DNA of 63,776 nt, counting the filler. It is 7 parts of 7 records of this genome, joined end to end, with 100 filler letters (N's around TTAATTAATTAA, not from the genome) between each part and the next. Parts side by side here need not be neighbours in the genome. Positions count along the whole stretch, not along the records: positions 39,625 to 47,232 come from SRR31156797_70521; positions 47,333 to 63,776 come from SRR31156797_70532; 5 more parts are not named here. One strand, written 5' to 3'. Below, piece by piece: positions 40,161 to 49,968 of the stretch (position 1 is its first letter; the number at the start of each line of letters is the position of its first letter). Below the pieces are notes generated by a model, which searched no databases, was not told the origin of the DNA, and saw only the letters and a list, made by a program, of their open reading frames with translations. The position numbers and the translations under genes are program-made.

Positions 40161-40496
40161 ATGGCAAGTGAAAGCGTTCATCCTTCAAGGGCCCATGCCT
40201 GGGGAAAGCTGTTGTTCTTTTCATTTCTCATCTGGGCCTTTGGCTGGGTGGTCGGTCCCTACATGGAGACCCATATCTCAACCTACAACCAGATCGCAAA
40301 GGTGGTGGAGGAGCGTGACATCGATTCCGCCGCCTATATGTATACCGATGAGGTGGGGTCCTATGAAGGCGAATATTACCTGAACGATTCCCTCACCCAT
40401 TCACAACGGGATGATTACGGATTCACCAAATCATTTATTTCAGGCATTGTGCTTTGTTTTCTGATCCTGGGATTTGGCTGGCGATTCATCATGTAG
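40161..40496 (+). CDS. hypothetical 2-TM membrane protein
   Basis: AGGAG RBS and IDSAAYMYTD between two TM helices. Confidence 0.8.
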   Translation: MASESVHPSRAHAWGKLLFFSFLIWAFGWVVGPYMETHISTYNQIAKVVEERDIDSAAYMYTDEVGSYEGEYYLNDSLTHSQRDDYGFTKSFISGIVLCFLILGFGWRFIM

Positions 40497-40512
40497 CAGA
40501 AGGAGAAAACCA

Positions 40513-41100
40513 ATGGATAGCCTTGATACCAAGAAAGAGCTGATCCTGGGACAGGAGAGAACCTTTGCCGCCCGGCTTGGGCGGCTTGTTCTCAACAAAC
40601 CCAGGTTGAGCGCCTGGATGATTTTCATACCGTTTATTTTCGTATTTTATATCCAGGATCTCATGAAATATAAAAAAGGGAGAGGAGCGTTCTCCAGTAA
40701 CTATCTTCTCAGCCGTGAAAAGGCCCTGAACGAGGCCGTGGCCGCCGTGACGGAAAACCGGAAGCCGGACACCATGGCCCTTGCGCGCCAGGCCGACCTC
40801 AAGGGGGCGGCGATAGAAAAATACGGTGCGCTACTGGCCGTGCTGGCCGATCACTACATCCTGCTGCTGAACGCCAAGGGGGAGAGCTATGAAGCGCTGG
40901 TCCGGTCGGCCCATTCGAACAATGCCAAAAAGTTCCTCGCCTTTTCAGACCGGTTGCGCCTTGCGGAAAAAGAGCTGAACAAGGCCCTTCTCCCCGGGTT
41001 CGGCCAGGACACCCAGGGGGTGAAATCCACCATCAAAAACATGGAAATCTGTTCCGAACGCCTGCGCCGGGCCCATGTCAAAGAATTGTTCGGAACCTGA
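40513..41100 (+). CDS. conserved hypothetical protein
   Basis: AGGAG RBS, KPRLSAWMIFIPFIFVFY hydrophobic patch and helical remainder. Confidence 0.8.
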   Translation: MDSLDTKKELILGQERTFAARLGRLVLNKPRLSAWMIFIPFIFVFYIQDLMKYKKGRGAFSSNYLLSREKALNEAVAAVTENRKPDTMALARQADLKGAAIEKYGALLAVLADHYILLLNAKGESYEALVRSAHSNNAKKFLAFSDRLRLAEKELNKALLPGFGQDTQGVKSTIKNMEICSERLRRAHVKELFGT

Positions 41101-41193
41101 TCATTGAGCTTTGGGACGTCTTGCGGGTTGAGACTTGACAAAGCTTGTACTACAATGTGACACTATCTCCTATAGTGGTAAGAGGAGGTCGTC

Positions 41194-42342
41194 ATGAAAA
41201 CAATAACCCCCAAAACAGTCCTTTTCGATCTTATGGCGTTCTTTGTTTTCGCCGCTGTTCTGCTGGTAGCCATGGCAGGATGCGGCGGCGGTGGCGGCGG
41301 CAGTGAAACCACACCACCGCCTGTACTGGCGGGCGTCTTTGTAGACAGTCCGGTGGAAGGTGTCCGCTATGAGACCGATACCCAGGCAGGCTTTACCGAT
41401 GCCGCCGGCAGGTTCCATTATATCGATGGGGAGACCATCACTTTTCAAATCGGGGATATCACCCTTGGCAGCGCCCTTGCCCGGGATTTTATGACCCCGG
41501 TTCACCTGGTGGACGGGGCTGTGGACGAAACCCATCCGGTGGTGACGAACATGGCCAGGTTCCTGCAATCCCTGGATGCGGACGGCAATCCGGGCAATGG
41601 AATCACCATCACCCAGGAAATCCGGAATGAGATCATGGGGCGGCAGATCAGCTTCCACCTCAGCATCTCGGACTTTGAGACCCTTCCCGATATGACGGCG
41701 TTGTTTGATTCCTTGAACGCCATGGGACTCTTTTTCCACGGTGAGCAGCATCTGATTTCCGTTGAACAGGCATGGCGGCATTTAAGGGAGCACATGCTGC
41801 CTTGGGATGACCTCGGCGATCTGGTTCTGATGGGCGTTTTCGGGTCCGGTCCGGTTGAGGGGCTCTACTATGAAACAGACACCCTGGCCGGGTTCACCAA
41901 TTTTGAAGGCATGTTTTTTTATCGGGAGGGTGAGGAGATTGCGTTTTTCATCGGCGACACCCTGCTGGGGCATGCCACCGCCCGGGCGTTCATGACACTG
42001 TTTGACCTGGTGGCAGAGGACTTGGACGACACCGATCCCATGGTCATCAATATGGCCCGGTTCCTACTGTCCCTGGACGTGGACGGGGATACGGACAACG
42101 GCATCACCATCACCCCGGAGATCGAGGCGGGCACGTTCGGCTGGCAGATCGACTTTGATTTCTCCATGATGAATTTTGAAAATCATCCCGACATGACAAG
42201 CCTGATGCTTCATCTGAATGACATGGATCTGTTCTTTGACGGGCCGCACATGCTCGTACCGGTAGAAGAGGCCCTGGATTTCATGGGGGGATATATGTGG
42301 GATTACATGGGATTCGGAATGATTGGCGAAGCTGGCCTTTAA
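41194..42342 (+). CDS. acidic lipoprotein with two tandem ~165-aa repeats
   Basis: Lipobox AMAGC plus Gly linker. GVF-PVEG-YETDT-AGFT and NMARFL-SLD-DG-NGITIT each occur twice. Confidence 0.88.
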   Translation: MKTITPKTVLFDLMAFFVFAAVLLVAMAGCGGGGGGSETTPPPVLAGVFVDSPVEGVRYETDTQAGFTDAAGRFHYIDGETITFQIGDITLGSALARDFMTPVHLVDGAVDETHPVVTNMARFLQSLDADGNPGNGITITQEIRNEIMGRQISFHLSISDFETLPDMTALFDSLNAMGLFFHGEQHLISVEQAWRHLREHMLPWDDLGDLVLMGVFGSGPVEGLYYETDTLAGFTNFEGMFFYREGEEIAFFIGDTLLGHATARAFMTLFDLVAEDLDDTDPMVINMARFLLSLDVDGDTDNGITITPEIEAGTFGWQIDFDFSMMNFENHPDMTSLMLHLNDMDLFFDGPHMLVPVEEALDFMGGYMWDYMGFGMIGEAGL

Positions 42343-42532
42343 AAAATGACAAGAAGAGTGTGCCCAATCCCACCCGGCATGTTATAAGTTAAGTTATATT
42401 TTCTCCATTTCGTAAACCAGACCTTGTCCCGTCTCCTATCTTCTCCCGGACAGGGTGATGAATCCTCGTCATAACCCATTTCTCCGGTAATGAAAACCGA
42501 TCCCGCCGGGAAATGAAGCATCGGAGGGGAAG

Positions 42533-45241
42533 ATGAGAAACCCCATGGTTTCCTTTTTAGCGGCAGTGCTTTTCGCGGGTCTCTTCTTCGCCGGGAAAGG
42601 TGAGGCCCGGGCGGAGGCGACGGACACCCGCCCTGTGGAAGAACGCCTGGCCCGGGAGGTGGCCCTTTCCGACCTTCTGACCCTTGCATGGGAACGGAAC
42701 CCTTTGATTCGGAGCGCCCGCAGCCAGTGGGAAGCCTCCAGGGAAAGCGCCCGGGTGAAGGGCGGCTATCCCGATCCCTTGATCAATGTCACCTATTTCA
42801 CTGAACCCATCGAGACCCGCCTGGGCCCCCAGGACTGGAACCTGGTGATCTCCCAGCCGATCCCCTTTCCCGGAAAGCTTGGCAAAGCAGGGGCGATAGA
42901 GGAGATGGGGGCGAAGATTGCAGGGCTGAACCTGGATATGACCGTTCGGAAGATCCATGCCGACCTTGCCGCAGCCTTCCATGAACTCCGCTATATCCAG
43001 CAGGCCGTGGAAGTGGCCCGCCGGAGCGCACGGCTTCTGGATGAGCTGAGAAAGATCGGCGAGACCGCCCATGCCAGGGACCGGGCCACCCTGGTGGATG
43101 TGGTCAAGGCCCAGTCCCAGGTGGGGCAGATCCGGTATGATATCCTGTTGCTCGACGAATTGGAGGCCCGGGAGAAGCGCCGTATCAACGGGCTCCTGGA
43201 TCGTCATCCCCTTGCCCCCCTGGGACGGGCCGCAACAAAGGGCGTCCGCCGGACCGCCTTTTCCCTGGATGAGATTTATGCCCTGGCCGAAGAACACAGC
43301 GAAACCATCCGTATGGCCCGGCTTTCAATTGAAAAGGCCGGGATCGGGAGCGATCTTGCCCGGCTGGGCAATTTTCCGGACTTCAAGGTGGGACTCTTTT
43401 ATGCCGGTATCGGTGATCCGGATGTGGCATCACCCCCGGCCGATGCCGGAGATGATGCCCTGGGGATTCAGTTCGGCATGACCATTCCCCTGTGGACCGG
43501 CAAGAACCGCGGCCGCATGGCCCGGGCCCGGGCCCTGGAGGAGAAGGCCAGGGCCGTGGAATCGGCCAGGATCAACTCGGTCAGGATCGAAATCAGCAAC
43601 CTGTGGTTCAAACTCAGGAACGCCGAGCGGCTCATCACCCTGTACCGGGACGACCTGATTCCCCAAAGCCTGGGTTCCCTTGTCACGGCGGAGACCTGGT
43701 TCCGGGAAGGGGAGGGCAGCTTTTCCGACTTTATGGAGGCCCGGAACACGGTGTATAATTTCCAGCTTTCCCTGGCCCGGGCGGGCGCGGACCACGGCAA
43801 GACCCTGGCACGGCTGGAGCAGCTTTCGGGAACCTCCCTTTCCGACCCCAAGGGGGCGGCTATCCCGGATTTCCGGGATGAAAGCCAGGCGCTTGGGGCC
43901 GTAAGGAAACAGATCCGGGACGCCCGGACCCGCTGGGAAAAGGCCGCCAAAAAAGGAGAGGGGTTCATCGTCATGGCTCCTTCCAGGGCCGCCTCCCTTG
44001 AACAGGCATCATGGGACGATCGGTTTGCCGCCGCCCGGCTGAATCGGGAATTTACCTTGGAAACCCTTGAGATCCTCACCCTGCTCAGGAACCCGTCCAT
44101 CCGGGCGGCGAAAAAGGAGCTGCTGGGGGCGGTGCAAACCTTTACCCAGGTGCTGAACCTTGACGAGATCCTCCGGCAGTACGCGGCCTTTACCGAAGGA
44201 CTCTCGCTTCCCGTGGGCCCCATGAAGGGCAGGGCGCCGCCCCAAAGCAAATTTCCCTTTCCCGGCGTGACCGCCCTCAAGGGCAGGGTGGCCGAGGAAA
44301 CGGTGCGCCAGGCCGCCGAGAAACTTGCCATGGCCCGCAGGGACGCCGTCACCGCCGTCAGGAAAACATACTGGAACCTGTTGTTCACGGCAGAGGCAAG
44401 AAAGATTACCACCGAAACCCTGGGGTTGTTCAACCATCTTCTGTCCGTGGCCGATACCCGGTACCGGTCCGGAAAGACCAGCTTCCAGGACGTGAACAAG
44501 ATCATCATCCGGACCCGGCTGTTGAACGAGGCCCTGGTCACCCTCAGGGAAAAGGAGCTGAACCTTCAGGCGGGGCTTCTCGCCCTTCTTTTTCTGCCCC
44601 CGGACACCCCGGTGGCGTCTCCTGCGGCCAGGGCGCCGTCCACAGCGCTTCCACGTCTTGAGTCCCTTTATTCCCGGGCCATGGCCCACCGGCAGGAGAT
44701 CCGGCTGGTTTCGGCTAAAAAGTTAAAGGTCGAGGGCATGTTGGAATTGGCCGAGACCATGATCCTTCCTCCCTTTACCCTGAATCTGTCGTCCTACGGT
44801 GATAAAGCCGTTGTGCAGACCGGCAGCGCCGCCGTAACCCCGGCCTTTCCCCAGAGTCCGAAGCCTTCCCCCAAACCGTGGTTCGGCATAAACGATGCCT
44901 GGCTGGCCCAGACCCGGCAGAAGCTTTCGGCCCTGGGCGCGGCCCATGACGCCGCCGTGGCCATGACCCGGCGGGAGGTGCGGGAGGCATGGTTTGAACT
45001 GGACAGGGCCATCCGGGAGGAGGCCCTCTATCGGAAGAGCATCGTGGGGCTGTCCAGGTCCACCTTGGACGTTTCCACCAGGGGGTATGAGGCGGGCAAG
45101 GTCTCCTTTGCCGACGTGATCCAGTCCTATGCCGGCTGGCTCGATGCCCGGACGGCGCTGGCAAGAAAAAAAAGCGATATCGGTGTTGCCCGTGCCGTGT
45201 TGGATGCCGCCGTGGGGCGGGCTTCCCGGGACATTCTTTAA
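42533..45241 (+). CDS. double-length TolC/CusC-family outer-membrane factor (902 aa)
   Basis: Signal peptide and two homologous halves: RNPLIRSA/RNPSIRAA, PIPFPGK/KFPFPGV and WFKL-LYR/WFEL-LYR. Confidence 0.88.
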   Translation: MRNPMVSFLAAVLFAGLFFAGKGEARAEATDTRPVEERLAREVALSDLLTLAWERNPLIRSARSQWEASRESARVKGGYPDPLINVTYFTEPIETRLGPQDWNLVISQPIPFPGKLGKAGAIEEMGAKIAGLNLDMTVRKIHADLAAAFHELRYIQQAVEVARRSARLLDELRKIGETAHARDRATLVDVVKAQSQVGQIRYDILLLDELEAREKRRINGLLDRHPLAPLGRAATKGVRRTAFSLDEIYALAEEHSETIRMARLSIEKAGIGSDLARLGNFPDFKVGLFYAGIGDPDVASPPADAGDDALGIQFGMTIPLWTGKNRGRMARARALEEKARAVESARINSVRIEISNLWFKLRNAERLITLYRDDLIPQSLGSLVTAETWFREGEGSFSDFMEARNTVYNFQLSLARAGADHGKTLARLEQLSGTSLSDPKGAAIPDFRDESQALGAVRKQIRDARTRWEKAAKKGEGFIVMAPSRAASLEQASWDDRFAAARLNREFTLETLEILTLLRNPSIRAAKKELLGAVQTFTQVLNLDEILRQYAAFTEGLSLPVGPMKGRAPPQSKFPFPGVTALKGRVAEETVRQAAEKLAMARRDAVTAVRKTYWNLLFTAEARKITTETLGLFNHLLSVADTRYRSGKTSFQDVNKIIIRTRLLNEALVTLREKELNLQAGLLALLFLPPDTPVASPAARAPSTALPRLESLYSRAMAHRQEIRLVSAKKLKVEGMLELAETMILPPFTLNLSSYGDKAVVQTGSAAVTPAFPQSPKPSPKPWFGINDAWLAQTRQKLSALGAAHDAAVAMTRREVREAWFELDRAIREEALYRKSIVGLSRSTLDVSTRGYEAGKVSFADVIQSYAGWLDARTALARKKSDIGVARAVLDAAVGRASRDIL

Positions 45242-45253
45242 GGGACTGGAACA

Positions 45254-46696
45254 ATGGATATTAAAAGCAGCCTCAAACCCATTATCGTAACGGCCCTGGT
45301 CACGGCCTTTGTCACGGCGGGAGCGGGTTTCACCTGGTTCCGGCTCATGGGATATCATGCCCCCCATATCATCGACTTACCGGCTTCCGGCGGCATGGGG
45401 GCGGGGGAAACGAAACAGCTCTACACCTGCGGCATGCATCCCTGGATCGTCACGGAGGAGCCGGGTTTGTGTCCCATCTGCAACATGGAGCTGCCCCCCA
45501 AGCGGGATGCTGATCAAGTTCCTTCAGGGGAGGCCGGGGAGCGGACCATCGTCTACTGGCGGGCTCCCATGGATCCCACCGAGATCTACGAGGCCCCCGG
45601 CAAAAGCAAAATGGGCATGGATCTTGTGCCTGTGTACGAGGACGAACTGGTGGGGGGGGTGGAGATCAGGGTGGATCCGGTGACCGTCCAGAACATGGGC
45701 ATTCGCACCATCCGGGTCGAGGAAACGCCCCTGGTGCACACCATCCGCACCTACGGCCATATCACCTATGACGAGACCTCCCTGGTCAAGGTGAGCCCCA
45801 AGGTGGCCGGCTGGTACGATAAACTCCATGTGGACTTTACCGGCGCCGTGGTGGAAAAGGGCCAGCCCCTTTACGATATTTATTCGCCGGATCTCCTGGC
45901 CGCCCAGGAGGAATACCTGTCCGCCCTGGGCAGTCCGTCCCAAAGCCTCCTGGAATCGGCAAGAAGCAGACTCTCCTTTTTTGACCTTGCGGAAACGGAG
46001 ATCCTGGCCATCAAGACAGCCGGACGGGTGAAACGAACCCTGACCATCCGCTCCCCGGCGGACGGGGTGGTGATCGAAAAGAATGCGGTGGAGGGGGGAT
46101 TTGTCAAGGCCGGCACCACGGCCTACACCATTGTCAACCTGTCCAGGGTGTGGGTGGAGGCCCATATCTACGAGTATGAAATGGAGATGATCGAAAAGGG
46201 GCTGGATGCCGAAATGACCCTTCCCTATCATCCGGGAAAGGTGTGCAAAGGCAAGGTCACCTTTATCTATCCCTACATGGAGCGGGGCACCCGGGACCTG
46301 GTGATCCTCCTTGAGTTCGAAAACCCGGATCTCTTCCTGAAGCCGGACATGTTTGCCGAGGTGTTCATCCGGACCAAGGGCAAGGGGCCGGGCCTCACCA
46401 TCCCCTCTGAATCGGTGATCCGGTCGGGCACCCGCAATATTGTTTTCGTGGCAAAGGGAAATGGCCGGTTCGTCCCCCGGGAGGCCACCCTGGGCATTCC
46501 CGTTGACGGGGGCCGGGTCCATGTGATTACAGGTCTTGCCCCGGGGGAAACCGTTGTCACTTCGGGGCAGTTTCTTCTGGATTCCGAGTCCCGGCTCAAG
46601 GAGGCCGTGCGCAAGATGATGGAACCTGCCCCGCCGTCTCCGGAAGAGGAAGAGGCCGAAGATGATTTTTTCGGAGATATGGAGAATGAATCATGA
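45254..46696 (+). CDS. cusB: CusB-type RND periplasmic adaptor with heavy-metal-binding domains
   Basis: [36 protein letters not shown] and [10 protein letters not shown] motifs. Confidence 0.9.
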   Translation: MDIKSSLKPIIVTALVTAFVTAGAGFTWFRLMGYHAPHIIDLPASGGMGAGETKQLYTCGMHPWIVTEEPGLCPICNMELPPKRDADQVPSGEAGERTIVYWRAPMDPTEIYEAPGKSKMGMDLVPVYEDELVGGVEIRVDPVTVQNMGIRTIRVEETPLVHTIRTYGHITYDETSLVKVSPKVAGWYDKLHVDFTGAVVEKGQPLYDIYSPDLLAAQEEYLSALGSPSQSLLESARSRLSFFDLAETEILAIKTAGRVKRTLTIRSPADGVVIEKNAVEGGFVKAGTTAYTIVNLSRVWVEAHIYEYEMEMIEKGLDAEMTLPYHPGKVCKGKVTFIYPYMERGTRDLVILLEFENPDLFLKPDMFAEVFIRTKGKGPGLTIPSESVIRSGTRNIVFVAKGNGRFVPREATLGIPVDGGRVHVITGLAPGETVVTSGQFLLDSESRLKEAVRKMMEPAPPSPEEEEAEDDFFGDMENES

Positions 46697-47232
46697 TCCA
46701 TGGCATTATCCGCTGGTCCGTAAACAACCGGTTCATGGTGATCCTCGCCACCCTTTTCGTTATCGCGGGGGGGATCACGGCCATGGTGAACATGCCGGTG
46801 GACGCCATTCCCGACCTTTCCGACGTTCAGGTGATCCTCTACACGGAGTATGCGGGGCAGGCTCCCCAGGTGGTGGAGGATCAGGTCACCTATCCCTTGA
46901 CAACGGCCATGCTCAGCGTGCCCTTTGCCAAGGTGGTGCGGGGATACTCCTTCTTCGGAATCTCCTTTGTCTACATCATCTTCGAGGACGGCACCGATCT
47001 CTACTGGGCCCGGTCCAGGGTGCTGGAATACCTGAACTTCGTTGCCGGACGGCTGCCTGCCGGGGTTACCCCGAGCCTGGGGCCCGATGCCACCGGGGTG
47101 GGCTGGGTGTATGAGTACGTGCTCAAGGACACCACCGGGCAATACGACCTTGCCCAGCTCAGGAGCCTACAGGACTGGTATTTGCGGTATGAACTCACCG
47201 CCGTGCCCGGGGTGTCCGAGGTGGCCGGCATC
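46693..47232 (+). CDS. cusA: CusA-type heavy-metal RND permease (3' truncated)
   Basis: [37 protein letters not shown] and GPDATGVGW motifs. Confidence 0.95.
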
Positions 47233-47332
47233 NNNNNNNNNNNNNNNNNNNNNNNNNNNNNNNNNNNNNNNNNNNNTTAATTAATTAANNNNNNNNNNNN
47301 NNNNNNNNNNNNNNNNNNNNNNNNNNNNNNNN
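47233..47332. other. artificial contig linker
   Basis: N-run + TTAATTAATTAA + N-run. Confidence 0.98.
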
Positions 47333-47533
47333 TCTTCATATGAAGAGGCCCTTTTATTTTGTCACCAGACAGTCCCGTGTAACTAAGCTAATTCTTTACA
47401 GCTGTCTGACTCCAATGATCTCCGACCATGAACATTTGCCCATTTTTTTATAAAAACCAAACTTTTTACTTGAAAACGATTCTCAAGTTCACTAAGACTG
47501 TTTTCAGGCGAACAAAAAAACAGGAGATATACC

Positions 47534-47677
47534 ATGACCCAAACAGCCAGTATTTCTTCAATCGACAGAAAAAAATTTCTCAAAAAAGCATTTAAAGGGT
47601 TCTGCGGTCCCAATGAAAAAAAAACGAGGGAGAGTGACACTCCCCCCTTTCCAGCACCAGATAAAGGCAAATATTAA
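47534..47677 (+). CDS. small hypothetical protein, 47 aa (not in ORF track)
   Basis: AGGAG 7 nt before ATG. MTQTASISSIDRKKFLKKAFKGFCGPNEKKTRESDTPPFPAPDKGKY. Confidence 0.5.
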   Translation: MTQTASISSIDRKKFLKKAFKGFCGPNEKKTRESDTPPFPAPDKGKY

Positions 47678-47750
47678 CCCGACCCGATACAGGCTTTGCT
47701 GAACTCGGGTATTTCAAAAATTTCCTGAAAGCGAGTAAACGGAGTATGAA

Positions 47751-47927
47751 ATGGCAGACGTTATAAAAGAAGCAGCACGCATGAGACGACAATACGGTTG
47801 GAAAACATACCTCATTAAGTTTAAGGATTACTATTCATACACTTTCGACCCCACCCTTTTTCCGGATTTCGAATTACTCGGTGAAGTAGGTGCCGACGGA
47901 GCGATTATCCCCTCCTCCAAAGCATAA
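47751..47927 (+). CDS. small hypothetical protein, 58 aa (not in ORF track)
   Basis: GGAG 6 nt before ATG. MADVIKEAARMRRQYGWKTYLIKFKDYYSYTFDPTLFPDFELLGEVGADGAIIPSSKA. Confidence 0.6.
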   Translation: MADVIKEAARMRRQYGWKTYLIKFKDYYSYTFDPTLFPDFELLGEVGADGAIIPSSKA

Positions 47928-47987
47928 TGACAACCATGACTACTCTCCCAAGGTTGTGACACCCATGCTCTGAACCTAACTTCACTC

Positions 47988-48025
47988 TCCCGGCTTCGCA
48001 CTTCTCCCCGCAAGCGAAGCCGGGA
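47988..48025. terminator. GC-rich hairpin between convergent small ORFs
   Basis: 12-bp perfect stem TCCCGGCTTCGC / GCGAAGCCGGGA. No strong U-tract. Confidence 0.55.
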
Positions 48026-48041
48026 TTATCTTTCCCATAGA

Positions 48042-48212
48042 CTAATCTTCTACACACTCTTCAGAGAGTGTATATCCTATCCTTTCAAAGACCTCCTTCA
48101 AATCTCCGGGAATCGCATCCCCGCCGCTGAGAAGCTCCTGCACCTCTTCAGGAGAAAGTCCTGCTGAATCAGCAATAGTCTGTATTTTTTCCGATAGCTC
48201 AGTCTTTTTCAT
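48042..48212 (-). CDS. small acidic hypothetical protein (56 aa)
   Basis: MKKTELSEKIQTIADSAGLSPEEVQELLSG, with a possible HTH-like pattern. Confidence 0.55.
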   Translation of the reverse strand: MKKTELSEKIQTIADSAGLSPEEVQELLSGGDAIPGDLKEVFERIGYTLSEECVED

Positions 48213-48373
48213 ACTGCATATTTTACACTCACTGCGAAGAGTTTGCAAAAAATGATTTTCTATCAAAACCGAAACTGGACATCATAAGAAGATGGCTCTA
48301 TGAAAGCTGTTCGTCTGCCTCATGAAAGGAATTACCCGCTCTTGCAGGCGAAATAACTTTTCCCGGAGCTAAC

Positions 48374-49114
48374 ATGCTGGACAATTTGAGCATCGTACTT
48401 TTCGGTACTAAATACCCTGAAAACGTCGGATCATCGGCCCGGGCCATGACCAACATGGGCTGTGAAAACCTGACCCTGGTGCGCCCCGCATCATGGAACA
48501 TGGATAAAGCAATGCCGCTGGCTACAGTCAAAGGCCGCGACATTGTGGAAAAAGCAATTGTATCGGATGACCTTTCCGAAGCCCTGAGAGACCAAACCCG
48601 AGTTTATGGCACAACAGCCCGCACCGGAGGCTGGCGCAAGGGAGTGATGACCCCGTCAACAGCAGCCCCGCTTATCGTGGAACAGCTCCGGGCCGGGGAA
48701 AAAGTCGCCGTGGTCTTCGGACCTGAAGACAGAGGGTTGACCAACGATGAAACCCAGCTCTGCTCAAGACTGATTAACATCCCCACCAGTCACGAAAACA
48801 GCTCTCTGAACCTTTCTCAGGCAGTGCTCATTATCTTATACGAATGCTTTAAAAACGCGCTGGACAAACCTTACACCCCGGCTGGTCCTCCCGAAGAGCG
48901 TTCCACCTCATTTGAAGAACAGGAAATTTTGGCTTCCAACCTGCAGGAAACCCTGCTGGCTATCGACTTCCTGAAAGCTGACAATCCGGATTACTGGATG
49001 ATGCCAGTAAGACGATTCATGTCCAGAATCGACATCAAACGCAACGAATTCAACCTGCTCATGGGAATTTGCCGCCAGATCAAATGGATAGCCGGACAAG
49101 CTGGTAAAAAATAA
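48374..49114 (+). CDS. trmJ: TrmJ/LasT-family SPOUT tRNA methyltransferase
   Basis: PENVGSSARAMTNMG, GTTAR, VFGPEDRGLTNDE and SSLNLSQAV motifs. Confidence 0.9.
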   Translation: MLDNLSIVLFGTKYPENVGSSARAMTNMGCENLTLVRPASWNMDKAMPLATVKGRDIVEKAIVSDDLSEALRDQTRVYGTTARTGGWRKGVMTPSTAAPLIVEQLRAGEKVAVVFGPEDRGLTNDETQLCSRLINIPTSHENSSLNLSQAVLIILYECFKNALDKPYTPAGPPEERSTSFEEQEILASNLQETLLAIDFLKADNPDYWMMPVRRFMSRIDIKRNEFNLLMGICRQIKWIAGQAGKK

Positions 49115-49197
49115 CACGTAAATAAAGCCAACCCCTTCTCAATTTTAGGAAAGAGCGATACACTAAAGAAAAGATTTTAGCCTTGCGGAGCCAGTAC

Positions 49198-49941
49198 ATG
49201 ACTGAAAAAAATACCATTCAAGAACTCAGTGGAGTTTTTTCCCGCCAGAGAATCGCCAAGGTCGGCACCGGAACCACCACCCGCCGTGTAGCCCAGATTG
49301 GTTACTATTTTGTTGAACAAATGGCCGAAGACCTTTTTCAGGTCCGCCCTTTGAACAGTAATTTCGTTCCTACCGGAGATCCGGAAGGAATTGACCGGGA
49401 CGCACTCCTGAAAGACTATACTCCAGAACCTGAAATGTACCACAAACAGGTTTTGCCTAACATGAAGGAATTGCAGAAGACCCTCGCCCGTGCAGACCGC
49501 CACCGTCAGCAAGGAAATTCATTCAGTGCTGAAATGGAATACACCAACGCAATCAAGGTTGATGAACTAAACGTGCGTGGCAACTTCGGAATCGGACTCT
49601 GTCTTATGCAAAGAGGGGAAACCGACCGAGCCAACGATGTCTTCGCCCGCCTTATTTCCATGGATGCGCCATTTGCCCCTGAACACAAACATATGTTCAA
49701 TGATTTCGGTATCAACCTACGCAAATCCAAGATGATTCCGCAGGCAATTGAGTACTATTCCAAAGCTATCGCCCTCAGCCCGGACGACGAACACCTGCGC
49801 TACAACCTTGCCCGGGCCTACTTTGAAGATAAACAATACGACAAAGTACGAGAAGAATTGGCCAAGTGTCTGGAACTTAACCCGGACTTTGCAGAAGGCA
49901 AAAAATTCGTCGCTTATCTGGACAAAAATAAGCTAGGCTGA
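49198..49941 (+). CDS. TPR-repeat protein
   Basis: NVRGNFGIG, FNDFGINLRK and YYSKAIALSPDDEHLRYNLARAY motifs. Confidence 0.9.
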   Translation: MTEKNTIQELSGVFSRQRIAKVGTGTTTRRVAQIGYYFVEQMAEDLFQVRPLNSNFVPTGDPEGIDRDALLKDYTPEPEMYHKQVLPNMKELQKTLARADRHRQQGNSFSAEMEYTNAIKVDELNVRGNFGIGLCLMQRGETDRANDVFARLISMDAPFAPEHKHMFNDFGINLRKSKMIPQAIEYYSKAIALSPDDEHLRYNLARAYFEDKQYDKVREELAKCLELNPDFAEGKKFVAYLDKNKLG

Positions 49942-49968
49942 TCAACAAAAAAACATTATAGAGTTCCA

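Noticed and set aside
42557-47142. Many 200-350 aa minus-strand ORFs over tolC/cusB/cusA
   Set aside because: High-GC antisense shadows with no recognisable domains.
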